From Octopus vulgaris (taxonomy: Eukaryota), in NCBI GenBank assembly GCA_951406725.2, contig OX597827.1:1-64000 (forward strand): DNA of 64,000 bases, read 5' to 3'. The position numbers were made by a program, and so were the translations under genes. Shown one piece after another: positions 1 to 11,305 of the stretch (position 1 is the first letter of the stretch; the number at the start of each line of letters is the position of its first letter). The notes under the pieces were generated by a model. It saw nothing but the letters and a program-made list of their open reading frames with translations. It was not told the DNA's origin and made no database searches.

Positions 1-564
1 TCTTCTTCTACCCCTTTTTTTTCTTTTTATTTTCTACCTCTTCTTTATCTTCTTCTTTTTCTTCCTCTTTTTTTCTTCTATTTCTACTTCTTTTTCTTCT
101 TTTTACTTTCTGCTTCGTCACTGGTCTCCCTCTTTTCCATTCTCTGCCAATTCTTCCTCTTATTCTCATTCTCATGCTCTTCCTGCTCCTTCTGCTGATA
201 GCCCCAGCTGCTCCTCCTCAGTCATTCTTTCCTTTGTCCTCCTCCTAAACCCCCCATCTCTCCTCCTCCTCTGCCCCTCCCCATCTCCTCCCCCCTCTCC
301 TACTTATTCTGCTTCCTCTTCTTCATCTTCTTCTACTTCTTCGTCTTCTTCTTCTTCTTCTTCTTCTTCTTCTTCTTCTTCATCTTCTTCTTCTCCTTCT
401 TCTTCCTACTTTTCTTCGTTTTCTTCTTCTTCTTCTTTTTTTCTTCTTCTTCTTCTTCGTTATCTTTCTTCTTTTTCTTCCTTTCATTCTGAAGTCACGG
501 TGTTTGATGTCGTATCACAAATGTTTTCCATATAATCTATTTTACACTTTCTTTACTGCTATAG

Positions 565-636
565 ACATCTTTGGAAGAACGACATTTCAACCATCAAAGA
601 AGGTTTATTCACGGGGCTTTCGAATTTAAAGTCATT
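565..636 (+). CDS. LRR exon 1 (HLWKNDISTIKEGLFTGLSNLKSL)
   Basis: Pyrimidine tract plus ATAG acceptor, GTAAGT donor, 72 nt, phase 2-2. Matches the typical 24-aa LRR consensus xLxxNxIxxIxxxxFxGLxxLxxL. Confidence 0.92.
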
Positions 637-1597
637 GTAAGTTCGTTTAATTTCTCGATACTATTTTCCGAAAGTAATAATTGATGCTGATATTAAGCTC
701 ACAAATGTATAAAATTTCAGACTGTACCGGGCAAAATCAATTCAAATTTGTAGAATGAACACGATTTAGGAAGAAACAAAGAAAATCGGGGAGAGCGAGA
801 CAATGTGAAAGAAAGAGAGAATTTGAAAGAGAAAGTGAAATGATAGGAAAAATATAATGTTCTTTTATTGTATTTGCTTTGTTTCAATTCGCATCTCAAT
901 AACTCATTTTTGTTCCCCAAATTTCAATGATTTTGATATGAATCTGTATTAGAAATGGTAACGTTTGAGAGTTTACATGTTTGCATCAGATATTTTTAGC
1001 TGAAGTATATGTGTATGTTCATATATAAGTGTAGTTCTGTGTGAAATGTGACTATATTATTCCTTTATTTTATATTTTTCATCCTCCTCCATTTCCTAAT
1101 TCAATATTCTGCTTCGTGTTTCGATATTATCATTCAACTTCGAATTTTGTCATTCACTTCACGTTATTTATGTAATAGAGCAACTGAAGTGGAAGCGGAA
1201 AATATATATTCAAATAATATTGTCACATACATTCTATCTGTAAACCTGAAATACTTACTGTACTTGTAAGCTGGAATATTTGGCCTGATACAATTAAACT
1301 GCAGATATATTTCCTGTGTGTTTTCTAATATGCTTGTGACAATGAAGCGATATGAAATAAATAATCTCTCTCACCATATTTCCACAAGCGTGAGTGGGAA
1401 TATGTGTGATGTGAGTGTGTATACCGCATTCCGTCTTCTTCTTCTTCTTCTTCTTCTTCTTCTTCTTCTTCTCCTCCTCCTCCTCCTCCTCCTCCTCCTC
1501 CTTCTTTTTCTTCCTTTCATTCTGAAGTCACAGTGTTTGATGTCGTATCACAAATGTTTTCCATATAATCTATTTTACACTTTCTTTACTGCTATAG

Positions 1598-1669
1598 ACA
1601 TCTTTGGAGGAACGACATTTCAACCATCAACGAAGGTGCATTCACGGGGCTTTCGAATTTAAAAGAATT
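1598..1669 (+). CDS. LRR exon 2 (HLWRNDISTINEGAFTGLSNLKEL)
   Basis: AG/GTAAGT boundaries, 72 nt, phase 2-2, LRR consensus. Confidence 0.93.
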
Positions 1670-2651
1670 GTAAGTTCATTTAATTTCTCGATACTATTTT
1701 CCAAAAGTAATAATTGATGCTGATATTAAGCTCACAAATGTATAAAATTTCAGACTGTACCGGGCAAAATCAATTCAAATTTGTAGAATGAACACGATTT
1801 AGGAAGAAACAAAGAAAATCGGGGAGAGCGAGACAATGTGAAAGAAAGAGAGAATTTGAGAGAGAAAGTGAAATAATAGGAAAAATATAACGTTCTTTTA
1901 TTGTATTTGCTTTGTTTCAATTCGCATCTCAATAACTCATTTTTGTTCCCCAAATTTCAATGATTTTGATATGAATCTGTATTAGAAATGGTAACGTTTG
2001 AGAGTTTACATGTTTGCATCAGATATTTTTAGCTGAAGTATATGTGTATGTTCATATATAAGTGTAGTTCTGTGTGAAATGTGACTATATTATTCCTTTA
2101 TTTTATATTTTTCATCCTCCTCCATTTCCTAATTCAATATTCTCCTTCGTGTTTCGATATTATCATTCAACTTCGAATTTTGTCATTCACTTCACGTTAT
2201 TTATGTAATAGAGCAACTGAAGTGGAAGCGGAAAATATATATTCAAATAATATTGTCACATACATTCTATCTGTAAACCTGAAATACTTACTGTACTTGT
2301 AAGCTGGAATATTTGGCCTGATACAATTAAACTGCAGATATATTTCCTGTGTGTTTTCTAATATGCTTGTGACAATGAAGCGATATGAAATAAATAATCT
2401 CTCTAACCATATTTCCACAAGGGTGAGTGGGAATATGTGTGATGTGAGTGTGCATACCGCATTCCGTCTTCTTCTTCTTCTTCTTCTTCTTCTTCTTCTT
2501 CTTCTTCTTCTTCTTCTTCTTCTTCTTCTTCTTCTTCTCCTCCACCTCCTCCTTCTTCTTTTTCTTCCGTTCATTCTGAAGTCACAGTGTTTGATGTCGT
2601 ATCACAAATGTTTTCCATATAATCTATTTCACGCTTTCTTTACTGCTATAG

Positions 2652-2723
2652 AAATCTTTGGGACAACAACATTGCAACCATCAAAGAAGGTACATTCATG
2701 GGGCTTTCGAATTTAAAAGAATT
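2652..2723 (+). CDS. LRR exon 3 (NLWDNNIATIKEGTFMGLSNLKEL)
   Basis: AG/GTAAGT boundaries, 72 nt, phase 2-2, LRR consensus. Confidence 0.93.
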
Positions 2724-3736
2724 GTAAGTTCGTTTAATTTCTTGATACTATTTTCCGAAAGTAATAATTGATGCTGATATTAAGCTCACAAATGTATAAA
2801 TTTTCAGACTGTTCCGGGCAAAATCAATTCAAATTTGAAGAATGAACACGATTTAGGAAGATACAAAGAAAATCGGAGAGAGCGAGACAATTTGAAAGAA
2901 AGAGAGAATTTGAGAGAGAAAGTGAAATAATAGGAAAAATATAATGTTCTTTTATTGTATTTACTTTGTTTCAATTCGCATCTCAATAACTCATTTTTGT
3001 TCCCCAAATTTCAATGATTTTGATATGAATCTGTATTAGAAATGGTAACGTTTGTGAGTTTACATGTTTGCATCAGATATTTTTAGCTGAAGTATATGTG
3101 TATGTTCATATATAAGTGTAGTTATGTGTGAAATGTGACTATATTATTCCTTTATTTTATATTTTGCATCCTCCTCCATTTCCTAATTCAATATTCTGCT
3201 TCGTGTTTCGATATTATCATTCAACTTCGAATTTTGTCATTCACTTCACGTTATTTATGTAATAGAGCAACTGAAGTGGAAGCGGAAAATATATATTCGA
3301 ATAATATTGTCACATACATTCTATCTGTAAACCTGAAATACTTACTGTACTTGTAAGCTGGAATATATGGCCTGATACAATTAAACTGCAGATATATTTC
3401 CTGTGTGTTTTCTAATATGCTTGTGACAATGAAGCGATATAAAATGAATAATCTCTCTGATCATGTTTCCACAAGGGTGAGTGGGATATGTGTGATGTGA
3501 GTGTGCATACCGCATTCCGTCTTCTTCTTCTTCTTCTTCTTCTTCTTCTTCTTCTTCTTCTTCTTCTTCTTCTTCTTCTTCTTCTTCTTCTTCTTCTTCT
3601 TCTTCTCTCCTCCTCCTCCTCCTCCTCCTCCTCGTCCTTCTTCTTTTTCTTCCTTTCATTCTGAAGTCACAGTGTTTGATGTCGTATCACAAATGTTTTC
3701 CATATAATCTATTTCACGCTTTCTTTACTGCTATAG

Positions 3737-3808
3737 AGATCTTTCGGACAACAATATTGCAACCATCAACGAAGGTGCATTCACGGGGCTTTCGAATTTA
3801 AAAGAATT
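3737..3808 (+). CDS. LRR exon 4 (DLSDNNIATINEGAFTGLSNLKEL)
   Basis: AG/GTAAGT boundaries, 72 nt, phase 2-2, LRR consensus. Confidence 0.93.
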
Positions 3809-5233
3809 GTAAGTTCGTTTAATTTCTTGATACTATTTTCCGAAAGTAATAATTGATGCTGATATTAAGCTCACAAATGTATAAATTTTCAGACTGTTCC
3901 GGGCAAAATCAATTCAAATTTGTAGAATGAACACGATTTAGGAAGATACAAAGAAAATCGGAGAGAGCGAGACAATGTGAAAGAAAGAGAGAGAATTTGA
4001 GAGAGAAAGTGAAATAATAGGAAAAATATAATGTTCCTTTATTGTATTTGCTTTGTTTCAATTCGCATCTCAATAACTCATTTTTTTTCCCCAGATTTCA
4101 ATGATTTTGATATGAATCTGTATTAGAAATGGCAACGTTTGAGAGTTTACATGTCTGCACCAAATATTTTTAGCTGAAGTATATGTGTATGTTCATATAT
4201 AAATGTAGTTCCGTGTGAAATGTGACTATATAATTCCTTTATTTTATATTTTGCATCCACCTCCATTTCGTATTTCAATATTCTCTTTCGTGTTTCGATT
4301 TTGTCATTCAACTTTTTTCTTCTTCTTCTTCTTCTTCTTTTTCTCTTTACTCCTTCTTCTTCCTCTTCTTTCTTTTCTTCTTCTTGTTCTTCTTCTGCTT
4401 CTGCTTCTTCTTATCTTTCTCTTCCTCCACCTTCTTTTTCTTCTACTTCTCCCTCTTTTTCTCCTTATTCTTGTTCGTCTTTGCCTTCTCCTCCCCCTTC
4501 TTCTTTTTCTTTTCCTTCTCGGCTTCCTCCTCCTCCCCTTCTTGTTGTTGTTGTTGTTCTTCTTCCCCCCTCCACTTCTTCATATTCTTCCTATTTCCTC
4601 CTTTTCTTTCTTCTTTTCTTCATTTTCTTCTTCTTCTTCTTCTTCTTTGTTTTCCTCTTCTTCGTATTGTTTTACCAACTTTTCATTTTTTACTTTTCTT
4701 TTTTACTTTATTCTGTCCGTGTTGTTATTGTTGCTTTTGTGGTTGTTCTTCTTCTTTTTCTTTTTTTCTTCTCCTTCTTCAATTTCTTCGTCTTCTACTT
4801 CTTTTTCTTCTTATTCTTCTATGTTAGCACTGAGGACATCCTCAATTAAATGAATATTTGCGGCCACTCCAAGTTCTTGTCATGTTGTGTAGTGGACACT
4901 AAGGACATGATTCCCTCTATGCATCTGTTGACATCGATTTTTCTGGGGTATAATGTAATGAGATTGTCTGTGAAAAGTGAAGTGTAGTTCTGTGAGGTCA
5001 ACACGCGTGATCCGTGTCTCGTTCTTAGACTATATATTCTGCCTCGCTAGATCACCGATGCTTAGACCACCCACCATCACTTCAGCAGTAAATAAATGCA
5101 CCACTGAGCGCTGGTGTGGCTGGACCCTACCCACCCAACACCCTGAGAACAACAATTAGGAGAAAGGAATGATTGCACATGCAGTAGGAGCTAGCGTAAG
5201 AACCACCTTGAAGAATCACAGACTAAAGTATAA

Positions 5234-5680
5234 CTAGTTTAGTTTAGTTTAAATTTTTGGCTCAAAAAGCAAAATCAAGGCCATGTAGGGGGACAGGGAG
5301 TTATGTACAGGGAGTTATGTACAGGGAGGGTGGTCATACAAAGAGTTCAGACTATTTCTGGTGAAGAGAGACTTTGAACCGAACGGTCATCGGCATCTTC
5401 ACTATCTCGTCCAGCAGCTTATTCCACGGATCCGCAACCCGGACGGAGAAAGCCCCTCTCCTTCGATTGAAATCAAATCGTCGTAGATAGAGCTTTCCGG
5501 AGTGACCCTGCAGCCGACGCTCTGGGGCAGGTGTGAAGAACAGCTCTTTCGAGAGGTTACACTTTCCGCTATGATGTAGTGAGCAAGAATGAGATCACCA
5601 CGGCGTCGTCGTTTTTCGAGAGAACAAAGGTCGAGCGTCTTCAGTCTTCCTTCATAAGATAAATGCTTGAAACAATACAT
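5234..5680 (-). mobile_element. CR1/L2-like LINE 3' fragment
   Basis: LSYEGRLKTLDLCSLEKRRRRGDLI is the typical CR1-group ORF2 C-terminal motif. It ends in an (AAACT)n-type tail, read as TAGTTTAGTTTAGTTT on +. Confidence 0.8.
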
Positions 5681-5689
5681 GTAAGTTCA

Positions 5690-5970
5690 AGGTGCAGCCA
5701 TTTGTGTCGGTGTGTCTGGAGATATTGCTGACCTCTTCATGACCTGGTGGATCAGAAAACCCAAGCAATCATTGGCAAAACAGTCCACAACTCTTCTACT
5801 TTACTGTAGGTATATAGATGGCAATAATATCACAGTTAAGACCAGATCTAATAACGGTAATGTAGAAACTGAGAGGAACATAATGGAGAGCATCCAGCAA
5901 GTAGCCAACTCCATCCACCAAAGTATCAAGGTGACTATAGATTATCCCACTAGGCACCCCAACAACAGTG
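5690..5970 (+). mobile_element. Degenerate Penelope-like RT fragment
   Basis: SGDIADLFM...LLLYCRYIDG (decayed YIDD)...ANSIHQSIKVTIDYP resembles the PLE RT motifs 4-6. Confidence 0.65.
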
Positions 5971-7361
5971 CAACTCTTCCACTCCTATTACATGATTTAA
6001 TTAGTAATTCAGTTCTCAACCTAATTAATTGCATCGTTTTGGCAATGATGATCGAGATGTAAGCTACATTTCGAGCTAAAATAATTGTAAATTGATTCTT
6101 TAAAATAGTTATTTCAAAGTTTTTGAGGTAAAAAATGGCAGCGTAAGGCGAAAGAGTGACTTTGAATCAAAATATCTCAGTTATTTCCAAAGAAAAATGT
6201 GTAGATTAATCAAATTTTTAAAAAATGTCTTCATGGGGAAGACTCTTTAAGTAAAAATCCCGTTATAAAAATCAACCAAGAAAAAAGCAGTGTGGCTTTT
6301 AGCGACGTAGAATTGGTAACAATTAAATCCAAGTCGAAGTATTCTAATGCTTCTGATATTTGTTTGCCAATGATTTCCAATAAAGTTTGATGAGCTATCC
6401 TTGTTCTTCATTTTCTTCTGAAGTGTTCAAATTGTAAAGTCTATTTATAGGTACCCAGTATATATCTTCTACCAAAAGGTGACCATTGTTTTATGTACTT
6501 TGAATAGGATTCTGAAAGTTATGTACTAGCCTGATGATGGTCAATGTTATTGCAATAATTAATATTTTATTGTTTTGAAAACCTTTTTTATCATTACACT
6601 GCTACTGGAGTATATACTTTTACTATTCCTTGTTTCAGTTATCAGATTGCGGCCATTCTGGAGCAGTAGCTTTAAGCGATTCCTCGAACAAATCATCCTT
6701 AGTACTGAATTTTTAAAATCTGGCACTTAATCAGTCGGATACCTTTTGCGGAACCACTAAGTTACGGGGGGCGTAAACAAACCAATATTTGTTCTGAAGC
6801 GTTGGTGGGGATAAACACAAAGACAAGCACACGCATATATATATATATATATATATATGGAAGGAATCCACACAGTTTCCTGCAGCAAATTTACTCACAA
6901 CGCTTAGTTGACCCAAGGTTATAGTAAATGTTATTTGTCCAATGTGCCACACAGTTGGACTAAAGAATCCATGGATGTGAGAAGTAATTTTCCTGCCACA
7001 GAACCTTGCCTGTATGGTGAATGATATTTCTACCATAGATGAGAATGTTACCTAAAACCCATATTGTGCACATAAGAAAGTCTCCTTGCTATTTTGTTAG
7101 TTTTGTATTTTATCCTCTTCCATCTTTTGCTGTTTTGTTATCAGGTTTTCTTTTAGGATAATTAAGTTAGATTGAAGGAACCTATTCTTGTTCAAACAAC
7201 ACTTCCCACAGAACTATAAAGAGAAATAAACAATTGTAGTGTGTAATATCAGCATTTACCCTGTTAGTGTTGACTAAAAAGCAATTTAGTACTGAACAAG
7301 AGTAAACAGATTTATTTAATTTTACTTATTTTAAAGTGTGTAATATTTGTCTCTTTTTCAG

Positions 7362-7433
7362 ATATTTACATAACAACCTCATAGAAAAATATGAAGATGG
7401 CGCTTTCTTATTCCTTACCAGCATAGTTGAAAT
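7362..7433 (+). CDS. LRR exon 5 (YLHNNLIEKYEDGAFLFLTSIVEI), donor reads ATAAGC rather than GTAAGC
   Basis: Strong acceptor TGTCTCTTTTTCAG, 72 nt, phase 2-2, LRR consensus. The donor +1 base is A. Confidence 0.8.
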
Positions 7434-8181
7434 ATAAGCAACAAGTTTTTTTTGTTTATAGGAAAATGAAAATAATAAGAATTAGGTCATCGAATTCTCA
7501 ATTCCTCGTTAAATGTTGTTGGTAATAAACAACAATGAGTTGATTTAAATTTCAGTGGATCAACATGATTTCAGAGCACCGTGTTTTATTATCGAAAAGT
7601 TTATGTTCAAATATCAGATGGTTGGTTTGATCTAGTTTACCCCATGTTTATAAATACACATAATTCACTGGAGTCGAGAGAGTGGCCTACATACCAAACT
7701 ACATGCACACATATATAAAGATTCATGTGTGTGTATGCGTATGTGCATACATAAGCATACACACACACATATATATATTGTTATTACTTATTATATCCTT
7801 ATGACAACGAAGTTATCAGAAGGAATAAGATCCACAAAAATTCCATTCAAATATCTCTGATGACTGCTGTATTTGCCTCTGTATTTTTACCACGAAACCA
7901 TTTGGTATAATATTCTTTCTACGATAAGCACAAGGCCTGCAATTTTGTGGCTGGGGGTTTGTCGATTACATCCACCCTAGTGCTCGGCTGGTACTTAATT
8001 CATTGACCCCAAAAAGATGAAAGGCAAAATCGTCCTCGAAATGTTGAACTCAGAACATGAAAACAGAACACCCTGTAACTATAGGGTCGATTTGCCAATC
8101 TGATAGAAACGGGATGATTCAATATGTATGATATCTCCATTCTTCTGTGTTAATATATATATATTTACACACACACACACA

Positions 8182-8229
<48 letters not shown>

Positions 8230-9132
8230 TATATACACGTGTGTGTGGAGAGGTAAAGAAAGAGAGGGAAATTTAACACAATCCTATCCCTATTAAAGCT
8301 TAACCACACTGCTTGGAATGGAGAACCTTTTAAGGAGATAAATAGTAGTAAAACTAACAACGTTCGCGCAGTATTAGAGGTTGGGAGGTATACAAGCAGA
8401 TCTATTTCAAAATTGTATTTATCAGAACATGATAGAATTGCATTACGATGTAGCAAAATTCCTAAAAGGTTCAGAATATTCTCTTCTGAAAATCATTTTC
8501 AATAAAGGAAGTGCCAAGGGAGAAAACATTTCCAATACCTACAATTTCAGATATATCTGCTATAATTTCCAGTTATATTTAGAATGCTTATCCAGCTAAA
8601 TCTCTCATGTCAAATATAACTGGTATTTTACTCAGCAATATTTCGCAGCTTCGCAATACCTAGTAACTTTCGCCACAGCACATATATGACAATACCGTTT
8701 GCCAACAATAGCTCGTATGTCACTTATATCTTGTAGCTGGTAATCTCTATATTGCAGGTTAGCTACATTTAGTAGATTTATCCATATCGTGTATGTCATC
8801 TCTTCAAACATATCATCAAAATCTATCATAGCATATCATCTATATCTAGTATATCCTCTAAATCTCGTATGCCATTTATATATTGTATGTCATCTCTTTC
8901 TCCTCTGACAGTTGTATGCAATCTGTTTGCCCAATACATTTTACTATATCATGTTTGTCGTATGATTCAAAACTATATCTAGAATATCATTTAAAGATTC
9001 TCTAACCACATCCTACCTAATTTTATTTGGTATCTGTTATTTTCAATTATCATTTTCTCATTTCTCCTCTCTAATAAATTTACTGCAGTATGTAGTACAG
9101 AGTGGTGGGAATGGCTTACATTCATACCCCCA

Positions 9133-9223
<91 letters not shown>

Positions 9224-9685
9224 CTCTAACTTTACTTTCTACTACCATATTCATGCTTGAATGTGTATGAAGATGTCTATGATTGCATGTGAAGGGTCAA
9301 ATGAGAAGGTTAAACCTTCTTTTATTCATTTTTCCCTCTAATTTCTACTCAGGCATAAGACAATTGAACTGAGAGGTTTTTGGCTTTAGGGATAATCCTT
9401 ACAATGGATTATTTGGTTTTGGTCAATACACAGCGAATGAGACAGACCAATGAGGTAGCGAGAGCCTGGTCTTATGCAACAATGATCAGGCTTTCAGTGG
9501 TACGCTTCAAATCACCTCGCTCAAGCCATGCCCACGATGCTGTATTATCCTTAACATCCTGTTTATTCCTTTCAAACTGTCCATGCATTCTCATTTAAAG
9601 AATGTATTCTTTTCTCTTCTCCTAAGCAATTTGGATTATCCTACTCTTCCTCCCTCCTCCTCCCCCTCCTCCTCCTCATCATCAC

Positions 9686-9736
<51 letters not shown>

Positions 9737-9784
9737 TATCATCATCATCATCATCATCACCACCATCATCATCATAATCATCAC

Positions 9785-9829
<45 letters not shown>

Positions 9830-10223
9830 ATGAAAACTCACAGCTTACTTTTCTGGGTTTGATGGAAAGTGTTACTTGTTTACTGTTTATACTTCAAGAA
9901 CCCTACGAAGAATTCTTGCGTTCCAAGCAATACTAATTTCTTTTAGGTGTTCTACCTTCACACTTGTACCAATTGTTTTCAGTCATGCTAGTAGTTGAGT
10001 GCTAATACTTCCAAATGTACCAATTACTATTGGTATCACATCTACTCTCTTCATTGTCAACAACCTTCTATTTCTCACTTCAAATAGTCATGGTTGTGTA
10101 ATTATTATTATTATTATTGTTGTTGTTGTTGTTGTTGTTGTTGTTTTTGTTGTATTTTTGTTGATGTTGTTGCTGTTGTTCTTGCTGTTGCTCTTTTTTA
10201 AAAACACTGAAAATATTGTATAT

Positions 10224-10537
10224 TAGCCATCTCAATATGGCTAACCACTAAGGGTGGGTGTTACTGTAGCTTGTAGCCCCAGGAGATCATCGTCTCCAGC
10301 TGGCTTTAGGCACACTATCTGTGCTCTTATGGTATTTGCAAAGGGAGGTCATCCCTCTCTCATAAGCCTAAGTGATACGCACGGACCGCAGTTTCGAGGT
10401 ATTTGCCTCTTGTCAACGCACGGCAATCACTGGTTTACGATCGTAAACCGGTGAATACCCTGCGTTGACGATGATCTCCTGGGGTTAAAAGCTATAGTAA
10501 CACCCACCCTTAGTGGTTAGCCATATTGAGATGGCTA
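10224..10537. mobile_element. Short element with ~70-bp terminal inverted repeats enclosing a decayed hammerhead
   Basis: TAGCCATCTCAATATGGCTAACCACTAAGGGTGGGTGTTAC...CCAGGAGATCATCGTC is mirrored at ~10468-10537. Confidence 0.8.
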
Positions 10538-11147
10538 TTATACTTTACGTTGTCGAGCCGTTACTGTTTACATCTCGTTCAGAGATTTATTATTGACTGA
10601 AAATATTCAAATTGATATATCAAAATTGAATATTAATTTTCCCCTTCTTAATTAGGAGTATTACTATACATGTCTGTACCGCTGAAGCTATAAAATGTAC
10701 AACACTGTAATCTCTCAGTTTCTGCGCTGGTACGTCTCTAGTTTTAAAACCAGTTGCTACATAGAATAAACATGTCCTTCTTAGCGCCAAAGCCGCCCAT
10801 CTAAATGAGTTTTCTCAGACAGAGCGGCGCAAGATCCCTACTACAAAATTCCCGACACTAAAATGTCCCTAAACTACAATAAAATAGAATCGTTTCAAGT
10901 GGCTAGTTATCTTATTTAAAGATACCTTATTATTCAATATCTAAGCTAAAAGAGAATAGAACCTTAGTGCTTCCACTTTCTACTAGAAACCATTTCGCAA
11001 TATTGATGTTATTAACAACACTTAAAAAAATGAATGCCATAGCGTTTATAAACCTGCTCAAATTTTATAATCTTTGTTTCTTGTCAAATCACATAGGAAT
11101 TTCTCTGTTGATCTGAAACGCATTCAGAGTTCTCTTTATTATTACAG

Positions 11148-11305
11148 TAACCTCAAAAACAATAACCTTATGAGGTGTGGATGTCACTTGCCAGCCTTCG
11201 TTAAGTATATTAAAGAAGTCTATAACAGAACTGTTGCTGTCTTTGGCACGTGTCAGGAAGGCTCAGGGAAACGAATACCTATACTGGATTATTCGCAATG
11301 TCAAA
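11148..11305 (+). CDS. LRR C-terminal cap (LRRCT) exon: NLKNNNLMRCGCHLPAFVKYIKEVYNRTVAVFGTCQEGSGKRIPILDYSQCQ
   Basis: TTATTACAG acceptor, GTAAGT donor, phase 2-1. Shows the CxC...C...C four-cysteine LRRCT pattern. Confidence 0.88.

Larger units (their letters stand above)
480..4310 (+). repeat. Tandem array of ~1.03-1.09 kb units (about 3.7 copies), each carrying one LRR exon and a (CTT)n/(CCT)n tract
   Basis: The sequence TTCATTCTGAAGTCAC.GTGTTTGATGTCG recurs at ~483, ~1516, ~2570 and ~3655. Near-identical ORFs repeat at 717/1750/2804 and 1048/2081/3135. Unit length varies mainly with the CTT tract. Confidence 0.97.

Noticed and set aside
717-3356. Repeated 67-aa and 73-aa ORFs in the tandem array
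   Set aside because: They have non-ATG starts and no domain; they recur only because the intron is duplicated. The real coding parts are the 72-nt exons.
480-4310. Repeat array as CRISPR-like or satellite DNA
   Set aside because: The context is eukaryotic, the units are kilobase-sized with spliceosomal exons, and there is no repeat-spacer structure or cas gene.
4215-4853. Leu/Phe/Ser-rich ORFs resembling membrane proteins
   Set aside because: Degenerate (CTT)n low-complexity DNA that is open in all three frames.
6525-6590. CTGATGA...GAAA hammerhead-like string
   Set aside because: Stems I and III cannot be formed convincingly.
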